Assembly (NCBI GenBank): GCA_039916675.1
Contig: JBDSKY010000203.1
Coordinates: 1-26,676 of the forward strand
Length of the DNA: 26,676 nucleotides
Direction of reading: 5' to 3'
From: Bdellovibrionia bacterium
GTDB taxonomy: Bacteria > Bdellovibrionota > UBA1018
The notes under the pieces were generated by a model. The model did not search any database and was not told where the DNA came from. It was given only the letters and a program-made list of their open reading frames with translations. Numbering within the stretch: the first letter of the stretch is position 1; each line of letters starts with the position of its first letter. A program made the translations under genes and the position numbers. Of the stretch, positions 8,841 through 16,554 are shown one piece after another.

Positions 8841-9072
8841 TGGGCCCCAGTCTACCAGTTTTGAGATCCCGTTCAAGTTGAGCACCAATTAGCAATACAG
8901 CGCGGTCTAAAGTTGAAAGAATTTTCTTCGCAACCTGCGAAGCGGCAACAACTGATACAGATAAAATTAGGATATATTCCACAGTTCCTTGTCCGCGTTC
9001 ATCTTTAAGTAAGTCTATTAATCCAGGAATTAATACTGCCGCCCTAATTTGCGTTTGCTCTTCCTGCTTCAT
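8824..9072 (-). CDS. flp: Flp-family pilin (second pilin); start uncertain
   Basis: DERG|QGTVEYILIL motif with hydrophobic helix. The only canonical start (9072) overlaps the upstream pilin by 29 nt. Confidence 0.8.
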   Translation of the reverse strand: MKQEEQTQIRAAVLIPGLIDLLKDERGQGTVEYILILSVSVVAASQVAKKILSTLDRAVLLIGAQLERDLKTGRLGPSAWQN

Positions 9073-9232
9073 CGATTTCGTTACCTACTGTACCAATCAA
9101 GTTTTCCAACTTACTTTGGAATAAGGTTTTAAACCTCATAGTTACCATGACCACTACAGCCAGAATAAGAATGTATTCAGTCGTGGATTGCCCCGTATCG
9201 TCGGTCAATAATCTTTTTAAATACCTTTTCAT
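9044..9232 (-). CDS. flp: Flp-family major pilin candidate (62 aa)
   Basis: Very strong RBS (AAGGAAAGGAGG) before ATG 9232. MKRYLKRLLTDDTG|QSTTEYILIL leader and Flp motif. First gene after two promoter-like elements. Confidence 0.9.
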   Translation of the reverse strand: MKRYLKRLLTDDTGQSTTEYILILAVVVMVTMRFKTLFQSKLENLIGTVGNEIDEAGRANAN

Positions 9233-9262
9233 CGTGCCTCCTTTCCTTACCATGCGTCTAAG

Positions 9263-9290
9263 TGATCGGCATACCTCGATGAGGTCTTTA
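9263..9290 (-). promoter_or_regulatory. sigma28 (FliA)-like promoter of the pilin operon
   Basis: TAAAG-N15-GCCGATCA, 30 nt upstream of the flp ATG. The spacer contains the inverted repeat ACCTC-N3-GAGGT. Confidence 0.7.
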
Positions 9291-9328
9291 ATCTAGTCCT
9301 CAAATCAGGTTCACTTGCTCTACCTATT

Positions 9329-9356
9329 ATTATGCTACTTATATTTATAAAGTCAA
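9329..9356 (-). promoter_or_regulatory. sigma70-like promoter upstream of the pilin operon
   Basis: TTGACT-N16-CATAAT, each box matching TTGACA/TATAAT at 5 of 6 positions. Confidence 0.5.
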
Positions 9357-9374
9357 TACACCTAGTGCAGGCGA

Positions 9375-10133
9375 TTAGAAAATCACTAAAGATATCGAAG
9401 CATTATCCTCAAATTGAATCGAATTTAAGTATTTGCCAATTTCCTGCACGCTTATCGCCAAACCGGTGTTTTTACTCTGAATTATTGCAATTTGTTCGAT
9501 AACTTGACTCAGAATTCCATCTGTGTTGAGAACCAACCAATCGCCGGGAGTAATTCTATATTCTACGATTTCGGGTTCCAAATTCTCATACATGCCTAAA
9601 GCAATTAAGGGAGCTCGATATTCCATCGCACTATCACGCTCCAAAGGATCTCGGAGCCGGCCAAAACTCCTTGGCACCACTAATTCAATACTTCTACCTC
9701 CGCGAAATAACCAACCAGTGCAGACTCCTACATTCGCGAGCGCAAGCAAATCACCATCGATAAAACCAGCAAGGATTGAGGCGCCGCCTTTTTCATGTAT
9801 ATTTTTACCTTTATTGAGTGCATTGACTTTCTTATTAGCGAAAATCAGGGAATTGAAAAGAACGTTACCTGCGAGAGAAAAATAATTCTTTAAAACGAAA
9901 GGTAGCGTGGCCTCCAAATCCCCTGCCTCCTTATAGAGAAAGTGTTGCACACTTTCACAAGCTGTTTTTGCCGCCTGCTGTCCAGGAACCGGCCCTCCAA
10001 AACCATCGGCAATGATAAACATTCCTTTTTCCCTGTCGACTAAAAGGTAATCTTCCTGAGCGGGCCGACGGCCTTTACTAGCGAAGGTAGAGATGGCTTG
10101 CACAGGAATATTAAGATGTCTATTGGCACTCAC
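9375..10133 (-). CDS. PP2C/PPM-family Ser/Thr phosphatase-like protein (PrpC/Stp1 type) with degenerate motif 5
   Basis: Motifs RRPAQED, IADGFGG, LNTDGI and EDNAS are present. The usual ANVGDSR reads ANVGVCT. GTG start overlaps the stop of the upstream gene. Confidence 0.82.
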   Translation of the reverse strand: MSANRHLNIPVQAISTFASKGRRPAQEDYLLVDREKGMFIIADGFGGPVPGQQAAKTACESVQHFLYKEAGDLEATLPFVLKNYFSLAGNVLFNSLIFANKKVNALNKGKNIHEKGGASILAGFIDGDLLALANVGVCTGWLFRGGRSIELVVPRSFGRLRDPLERDSAMEYRAPLIALGMYENLEPEIVEYRITPGDWLVLNTDGILSQVIEQIAIIQSKNTGLAISVQEIGKYLNSIQFEDNASISLVIF

Positions 10134-12481
10134 GGCTGGGGTTCCTCTTTCTTTTCAAAATAGTGAGCCAATTTACGTGCTGCTCGCTCGTGGTAGATAT
10201 CATCCACAGGGGAACTATCTAAACATTGTTTAAACATTTTTTTAGCGTTTTCGAAATCACTGTAACTTTCGGCAATGATTGCTTCTGTGTAAATAACCTT
10301 GGCCCGATCATGAAGAATACCTTTAACTCGGTTCATACCGGCATATCCTCCTGGATGGGGAGGGTCAATTTGGGTAGCTTTTTTGTAAAGTTTAAAGGCC
10401 GTGAAATACTCACCAGCATCTTCTTTAACTTTAGCTTCCGCCAATACGGGCTCACGCGAAGCCTTGATCAAGGCCTGACAGCGCCGGATTTCTCCTTTTG
10501 CAAGGATGCCAATTTTCTTTTGGGTGGCACCTAATTCGAGCGCTCTTTGAAAAGAATTGATTGCGGTATGGTATTTTCCGGACTTTTTGAAGCTTAGCCC
10601 CTCTTTGTAGATCACCCATGCATTTTTATTGAGTGCAGCCACGACCTCTTTCTGTTGCTCAACCAGTTTCAGTTGTTCTTTATAAGCTTCAATTTCTTTT
10701 CGCCATCCAGCTACCGCAGTATTGTCAGGATCTAGAGAGAGAATTTGTGTGAAAAGTTCGTTCACGTTTTCGTAATCTTTCTTTCCCATTCTTACTTTTG
10801 TATCTTCCACCAGGTGATTGATTTTATCTTTCAACTGGGCTTCATCTTCTTTCTTTTTCCTTTCCTCTTCCAAGGCCTCTAATTTCCTTTTCCCTTCCTT
10901 CGCATATCGTTCAATTTCACGTGCATCTTTATAGTCAGGAATCAGAGCGAATATTTTTGTAATTTCAAATATCGATTTGTCATATTCTTTATTCTTATAA
11001 TAATCAAAAGCAAGGGCGTGTTGAGCTTCTACGAACCCCTTCTGTTCTGCGGAAAGCGAGTCAAAGCTAATAGGGGCAGTAGCTATTTTCGAGCCATCAG
11101 AATTTTTCTTCACGACGGCGGTTTTTTTCCCGGCACCCTTTTTCTTTTTTATTCCAGTAGCGTCTTCGTCGGTTAAAAACATGAAAAAAAGAATCGCGGC
11201 TATCGCGGTAATAATTTGAGTTCGCTTGGGGAGTTCTTTGAAGCGCTCAAGTAGAGTCCGCTTTTGGCTACTACCTCCCGCCAGTCCCGTTATTCCCATT
11301 GTTCCCGAGCCACCGGACATCCCCTGCACTCCGGGAATTCCTCCATTTTGGTTTCCCAAACTGGGTTGAGAACTTGCGAAAGATTGGGCGATTGGCATTT
11401 CTTGCTGTTGAAACTCTTCTGGGATCAACCCGCTTTCAGCATCCATCCCCGGCTCAGGGACAGACATTTCGAAACCCTCCACAGCTGGAGCATTATCGAC
11501 TTCCATAAAATTATTTTGATTTTTGGCGTATTCCGCACTTTCTGCTTTAAACTGAAACCGAACCTCTCCAATTTTGATATAATCATCCCCTGAAAGCTCG
11601 TGATCTTGGATTTTTGCTCCGTTGACATAAGTTCCGTTGGACGAGTTCAAATCTTTAATTAGGAAATTTAAACCTGCTTTTCTTATGACAGAATTTTTCC
11701 TTGAAGACTTTTTGTCATTTAGAACGATATCGCAATCCTTACCTCGACCAATGGAGGTTTCATCTTTCGTAATACTGTAGTCCGTGACGTTTGCTGTACC
11801 CGGCTCAAAAATCAGACGGACGTTGAGCGTGCTAGCTGGAGTAAACTTAGTTTTGCCGTCATCAGCAATTAATTCGGAGGGTTCAGGCTCTGGAGAGAAA
11901 TCCTGTGAGGAATCGGGAGCGTCTAACTCGAGATTACCTTCAGACGCAAATTCCAAGGCATTTCCATCTGGGCTAATCTCTTCGGATGGCGAGTTCTCCG
12001 ATGAGCTATCTGTGACTGAAGATTCAAGTGGGTCCGGTGCGTTGTCTATTAAAGGTGCCAACGATTCGGGCGAACTAGTCTCAGGATTATCGAGGCTAAG
12101 TGCTTCAGGCGGTGTAAGGTCGAGAGTTTTAATCGATAAATCTTCCGTCCCACCTAGTGTCTGGGTTGGAGCGGTAGAAATAGATTTTCCCGCTTCCATG
12201 GAAACCTTGATAAGATAAGGTCCAATTGAAATAACGTCTGAATGATTTAGCCTCGCCGAAACGCAATCGGCACCATTTACTATGAGGGTGCCAAATTCAC
12301 TTTTTTTCTCTACTTGAAGGTTTCCCCCCACCCACTTAAAAACAGCATGGTGTCGCGAAATTCCCTGATCATCGAGCCGGATTTCTGAATCCTTCGATCG
12401 ACCAAGAACTAACTCACCCTCCACTAGGCATGTCTTAACGACTACTCCTTCTTTGATAACGGTGAGATTGGCGGTACTCAT
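10130..12481 (-). CDS. Double-FHA, single-TM, TPR/coiled-coil membrane protein
   Basis: FHA1 (LGRS..ISRHH..SEFGT) and FHA2 (IGRG..SSRKN..SSNGT) separated by an acidic Ser/Pro/Glu linker. TM QIITAIAAILFFMFL. C-terminal TPR-like helices (ELFTQILSLDPDN, AINSFQRALEL, YKKATQIDPPH). Confidence 0.82.
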   Translation of the reverse strand: MSTANLTVIKEGVVVKTCLVEGELVLGRSKDSEIRLDDQGISRHHAVFKWVGGNLQVEKKSEFGTLIVNGADCVSARLNHSDVISIGPYLIKVSMEAGKSISTAPTQTLGGTEDLSIKTLDLTPPEALSLDNPETSSPESLAPLIDNAPDPLESSVTDSSSENSPSEEISPDGNALEFASEGNLELDAPDSSQDFSPEPEPSELIADDGKTKFTPASTLNVRLIFEPGTANVTDYSITKDETSIGRGKDCDIVLNDKKSSRKNSVIRKAGLNFLIKDLNSSNGTYVNGAKIQDHELSGDDYIKIGEVRFQFKAESAEYAKNQNNFMEVDNAPAVEGFEMSVPEPGMDAESGLIPEEFQQQEMPIAQSFASSQPSLGNQNGGIPGVQGMSGGSGTMGITGLAGGSSQKRTLLERFKELPKRTQIITAIAAILFFMFLTDEDATGIKKKKGAGKKTAVVKKNSDGSKIATAPISFDSLSAEQKGFVEAQHALAFDYYKNKEYDKSIFEITKIFALIPDYKDAREIERYAKEGKRKLEALEEERKKKEDEAQLKDKINHLVEDTKVRMGKKDYENVNELFTQILSLDPDNTAVAGWRKEIEAYKEQLKLVEQQKEVVAALNKNAWVIYKEGLSFKKSGKYHTAINSFQRALELGATQKKIGILAKGEIRRCQALIKASREPVLAEAKVKEDAGEYFTAFKLYKKATQIDPPHPGGYAGMNRVKGILHDRAKVIYTEAIIAESYSDFENAKKMFKQCLDSSPVDDIYHERAARKLAHYFEKKEEPQP

Positions 12482-13497
12482 GTCTTCCCTACCTCACCTT
12501 TGATTGTCTTGACCACCTGATCGAACTGATCTCGAGCTTCAATGTAAGCAGGATTTGCTTGGTCCCGAAAGAGCAAGCGCATAACTGTTTCGAAATGCCC
12601 CTTTGCATCACGAAGCTTGCCGGCTTCGAAAGATTTTTTGCCACCTTCCAAGTTGACTTTTACTTCTTCTTCTACGGCCTTATTACAATTCTCGAGGTAC
12701 AGGGTAGCCAATACATGGTTGGGACTGATTTGAAGTACAGTCTCGAATTGAATACGAGCCCTGCCATAATTGTGCACAAAATATTCTCTGAGACCGTCCT
12801 TGAAAATAGTTTCTGCCGATTTATTGAAATCAGGTGTCGGAAGAAAAGACGCAAGATCTTGACCTGATTCATTGCTTGGGGTTTTCGATTTCGGTTTTGC
12901 AGGTTTATCCGGATCTCCTAAAAGGAGTAAGCCGAGTCCTACAACCCCAACAATATAAATAAGAGGTTTTTTACTTTTTGATGCGCTCCCTGGGGCCGCA
13001 TTCCCACCAGCGGCATCGAAGACGTTAGCGGCTCTTCCCGTAAATTGACCAAAGCTTTGATTCACCCGATCTTTAGCTGCCTGGAATGTTCTTTGATGTA
13101 ATTTAACTTGGCCGGCCGATCTAGCCGGGGACATTAAAGTCTTGGTCCCCGCTTCTGGCGATATAAACTCAAGAGTAGTTTCTCCTAGAGTAAATACATC
13201 AAAGTACTGAAGTGCTGATTCCCGCGTAGGTTTTGAATTAATTAAAATCCCGTTTGAACTTCCATGATCCTTGATTCTCCAGTTTCCCCCCGGATCTTGG
13301 ATCATCATAGCATGTAATCTTGAGGCCTTGAGATCGATCAAGACAATATCATTATCCTCACCTCGACCAATAGAGGCAGTCGGACCTGTAATGATAAAGG
13401 TGGACCCGAAGTCAGCCCCTTGGACCACTTTTAGACGGGCCCTTTCTTGAGGGTGTCGCGGTACATTCGTATGCTTGTACTTTATAGCATTACCCAT
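12478..13497 (-). CDS. FHA - TM - TPR membrane protein
   Basis: Canonical FHA (IGRG..ASRLH..SSNG), TM LIYIVGVVGLGLLLL, TPR (ARIQFETVLQISPNH; AKGHFETVMRL). Confidence 0.82.
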   Translation of the reverse strand: MGNAIKYKHTNVPRHPQERARLKVVQGADFGSTFIITGPTASIGRGEDNDIVLIDLKASRLHAMMIQDPGGNWRIKDHGSSNGILINSKPTRESALQYFDVFTLGETTLEFISPEAGTKTLMSPARSAGQVKLHQRTFQAAKDRVNQSFGQFTGRAANVFDAAGGNAAPGSASKSKKPLIYIVGVVGLGLLLLGDPDKPAKPKSKTPSNESGQDLASFLPTPDFNKSAETIFKDGLREYFVHNYGRARIQFETVLQISPNHVLATLYLENCNKAVEEEVKVNLEGGKKSFEAGKLRDAKGHFETVMRLLFRDQANPAYIEARDQFDQVVKTIKGEVGKT

Positions 13498-13504
13498 CTC
13501 ACCT

Positions 13505-15142
13505 TCAGTCGACTTTCACGGCTGCCATTACAAAACATTTTGGGGCGTTTCCTTCGGAGCCAAAGCCAGCCATATAAATTTTGCAGCCCACTCCAGAAAA
13601 ATCAAAATCCTCAACGAGTCCCTCCCCTCCAGTTGACACTCTTCCCAGCAAATCGTTGGTCATCGACCCCATTGCCTGATCTCTTGCGACACTAGAAATA
13701 TCCTGCCCCATCGCAGATTCGGACCTAATGCCACTCATTTCTTCAAATATTGAGTTTATGAAAACAATTTTTCTCTCAGAATCAAAAATTAGAAATCCAA
13801 ATTTTACAAGGTTTCCAATCATTCTCAAAGGACCGACAAATGCTTCAGTGGATTCACCGGAATTACTTGAACTTTCAGGACTATTGTTCCTGGAGACCCG
13901 TTGAATGGCTGAATTAATAATATCCCAAAGTGGATTCAGCTCTTCGATTTTAAATTCATGTGTGACTTGGTTCATGTCTCCCTTTAAAGCTCTATCAATA
14001 TCTTCGTTAAGAACTTGGAAGGGTTTCAAGGTCATGCGATATAGAATTAAAAATATGAATCCCAAAATTATCGCGGTGATCGCAAGAATTTCGGAATAAA
14101 TCACGCCTAATTCGCCCATTTCAGGAGTGGCCAAGGAACTGTCGATTGAAACTATTGCCATGGCAACAACCACATTCCTTCCGGCAGTCGGACTCAGAAC
14201 TTTCACGGGCTCTACGGCAACTAGTGTGGACTCATCTGCCTCAATCCAATAACCTGTCTCTCTGCCCGATCGAAAAGAATCCCTGGCTTTAATGGCAACC
14301 GCAGCTTCAGCCCCTGACGCCAAATATTGATTCAACTTGGCTGAAGGAGCAATAATCCGATTATCCAAATCCACCAACATGGCGGTTCTAACTCCATCGG
14401 CATTTTCTATAATTCCAATTTCACTTTTAGTTTCCATTCTATTAGCAAGAAACGGGGCATTTTGATCCGCAATCTGCCTTGCCATAAAGAGGGCCCTTCG
14501 ACCGGTTTCTTTAATAATGGCTTGATGACTTGATTCCAAAAGTGGGTAGACTGATACCGTTAAATTCAGAAACGAAAACATCAGAAACATGCCAACGGCG
14601 ATGGCGCGCCATTCATATTTGAGATTGAGACTATAAAAAATAGGCATGAACTGGTGATCAAAGGCCCAGGCAATTTTGCCGCGAAGATCTTTCGGAGGAC
14701 CTTCCAGCTGACTCATTTCAGCCCCACTTCCCATTCCTGGAATGCCTGACATCCCCCCAGGGGGATTTGGAAAGCCGCTTCCTCCCATCGCCGGAGGTGA
14801 TTGAAACTGGCTCCTTATTTTCTTAGGAAGCGCCATGGGCTTCACTGCTTTTTTTACTGGCTTAGAAAGCTCAAATACATATTCTCCCACACTAATTCGG
14901 TCGCCCTCTTTGATTTTTCTGAATTTAGTAAGAGTGCCATTCACAAACGTTCCATTGGAACTTCCCTGATCTTTTAGAATCACCTCATCGCCGGTGACTG
15001 TGAGTGTGCAATGAATTTTGGAAACCTTGGAGGAGGGAAGGACTACCGCGTTTCCTGCTTGCCGACCAATGGCTAGCTCGCCTTCTTGGACCGCATAGGT
15101 CGTACCTTGGTTTGGACCGGAAATTACGGTTAACTTATACAC
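13505..15142 (-). CDS. FHA - TM - extracytoplasmic domain - TM - HAMP - PAS-like protein with no output domain
   Basis: FHA (IGRQ..VSKIH..SSNGTFVNG); TM1 WRAIAVGMFLMFSFLNLTV; TM2 ILAITAIILGFIFLIL; HAMP-like LKPFQVLNEDIDRALKGD..EELNPLWDIIN; PAS-like FLIFDSERKIVFINSIFEEMSG. GTG start. Confidence 0.78.
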   Translation of the reverse strand: MYKLTVISGPNQGTTYAVQEGELAIGRQAGNAVVLPSSKVSKIHCTLTVTGDEVILKDQGSSNGTFVNGTLTKFRKIKEGDRISVGEYVFELSKPVKKAVKPMALPKKIRSQFQSPPAMGGSGFPNPPGGMSGIPGMGSGAEMSQLEGPPKDLRGKIAWAFDHQFMPIFYSLNLKYEWRAIAVGMFLMFSFLNLTVSVYPLLESSHQAIIKETGRRALFMARQIADQNAPFLANRMETKSEIGIIENADGVRTAMLVDLDNRIIAPSAKLNQYLASGAEAAVAIKARDSFRSGRETGYWIEADESTLVAVEPVKVLSPTAGRNVVVAMAIVSIDSSLATPEMGELGVIYSEILAITAIILGFIFLILYRMTLKPFQVLNEDIDRALKGDMNQVTHEFKIEELNPLWDIINSAIQRVSRNNSPESSSNSGESTEAFVGPLRMIGNLVKFGFLIFDSERKIVFINSIFEEMSGIRSESAMGQDISSVARDQAMGSMTNDLLGRVSTGGEGLVEDFDFSGVGCKIYMAGFGSEGNAPKCFVMAAVKVD

Positions 15143-15534
15143 AGTTTGTCTCCCTCTCTAAGGTCACATCTTTGAATTGTCCCCACCGGTAATTCCAGAG
15201 TTTGAAACGCCTTAAAATCTCGCACGGGAAGAATGCGCCAAGGCCTCAGGTTTTCACGCACTGAGGTCACCTCGACAGTATTGTCAGAAGAATTTTGATC
15301 ACGTTTCAAGAACACTACGTCGATTGGAATCTTCATAAACCACATATGAATATCGTTACACGGACGCAAAAGTAATCCCTGCCCTTCCGCAAGGGCCCGC
15401 TTGCCCATCAAACCGATAAATCGACTTAGAAAAGTAGTTGCCACAGAACACTCTTCGGCAATCCAGGTACTATTTTTGACTGATTGAATACGAATTATTG
15501 ATCCGACGGACTTTTGAATAGTTTGGGTTTTCAT
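15130..15534 (-). CDS. DUF192 (UPF0127) family protein
   Basis: VATTFLSRFIGLM..GLLL....IHMWFMKIPIDVVFL..LELPVG motifs. Confidence 0.88.
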   Translation of the reverse strand: MKTQTIQKSVGSIIRIQSVKNSTWIAEECSVATTFLSRFIGLMGKRALAEGQGLLLRPCNDIHMWFMKIPIDVVFLKRDQNSSDNTVEVTSVRENLRPWRILPVRDFKAFQTLELPVGTIQRCDLREGDKLCIS

Positions 15535-15547
15535 TCAGTTATTATTA

Positions 15548-16462
15548 TTAAGCCGGGGGATAAATCAAACTTAAGCCGAAAGGACCAAAGATCATCAACA
15601 TAACTGCCGGTAAAATAAAGAGAACTAGGGGTAATAGAACTTTTTGAGCTGCCGCAGCGCCCGCCTTTTCGGCTCGAACCATGCGTTCTGACCTAATCTG
15701 CTCCGATTGCTGCCTCAGGATTTTGCCAATGGAAGCCCCCATTTGATCGGCAGAAATCAAAATTGCCACGAAAGAGTTCACCTGCGTCATATCGATTCGA
15801 GCGGCCATCTCTCGAAGCGCTTCTTGTCGCGATGCGCCAACTTTTATTTCTTTCAAAAGCTGAGAAAATTCTTCCACTATTGGACTGGAGGGAGCTTTGT
15901 CCACAACTTTACCAATAGCACCGACAAAATCGAGCCCCGCTTCTGTGGACAGGGCCAGAAGATCCACTATGAATGGCATCGCTCTTAGGACCTGTTTTTG
16001 GCGAGTCTCGATGCGACCATTAGCCCAAAAATTAGGGTAGAACCACCCGATTAGCCCAAATCCCAGAATATAATACCAGGCTAAATCAATGAAATCGCCC
16101 GCTTTTAGCATTCCACCCACGAGTGGGAAAAAAACGATCAAGGCGACTTTAAAAGAAATAAATTCGTCGGCAGTCAGCTCTTCTTTAAGCCCTGCTGCAA
16201 TAATTTTTCTTCGAAAGAATTTTCTCTTTTTATCCCAGAATGGCTTACCGCGGATGATTGGAACAACATACTGCGTAAAAAAAGGCCGGAGAAACTTAAC
16301 CAGCGGATTGCTAGCTTTGCGATCGCGCAGCTCGTCTAAATTCTCTTGAGCTGCACGCGACTCTTGCTCAACTAACACCATCCTAGCAACAATAAAGGCC
16401 GCCAGACCTACAAGCGCATAACCCGCATTGATAACAAACTGGCCTCGTTCAAATGCATCCAT
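15548..16462 (-). CDS. tadC: Tad pilus inner-membrane platform protein TadC (T2SS F family)
   Basis: RAMPFIVDLLALSTEAGLDF, GASRQEALREMAARI, ADQMGASIGKILRQQSEQIR, KVLLPLVLFILPAVML. Confidence 0.93.
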   Translation of the reverse strand: MDAFERGQFVINAGYALVGLAAFIVARMVLVEQESRAAQENLDELRDRKASNPLVKFLRPFFTQYVVPIIRGKPFWDKKRKFFRRKIIAAGLKEELTADEFISFKVALIVFFPLVGGMLKAGDFIDLAWYYILGFGLIGWFYPNFWANGRIETRQKQVLRAMPFIVDLLALSTEAGLDFVGAIGKVVDKAPSSPIVEEFSQLLKEIKVGASRQEALREMAARIDMTQVNSFVAILISADQMGASIGKILRQQSEQIRSERMVRAEKAGAAAAQKVLLPLVLFILPAVMLMIFGPFGLSLIYPPA

Positions 16463-16476
16463 AGTGTTCCTAGTAC

Positions 16477-16503
16477 TATTCGGACAAAATAAAAATTTCT
16501 GAA
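16477..16503 (-). promoter_or_regulatory. Possible weaker sigma28-like promoter of the tadC-FHA operon
   Basis: TTCAG-N14-TCCGAATA, 14 nt upstream of the tadC ATG. The spacer is one base shorter than at the other three sites. Confidence 0.35.
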
Positions 16504-16554
16504 TGAGTTGGCCCGGAAATAGGGTATCCTCTGCTTTTCATAGAGAGAGAGAAA

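Noticed and set aside
8841-8888. Track start of the prepilin peptidase at 8888
   Set aside because: It would overlap pilin 2 by 65 nt. GTG at 8840 gives a typical length and has a purine-rich upstream sequence.
9233-9253. Track start of the first pilin at 9253 (MVRKGGT extension)
   Set aside because: The extension is the RBS itself (AAGGAAAGGAGG). ATG 9232 is the better start.
11784-12218. 144-aa Ser-rich plus-strand ORF and other antisense ORFs across 491-17639
   Set aside because: Antisense shadows of well-supported genes. The Ser-richness mirrors the low-complexity linker on the coding strand.
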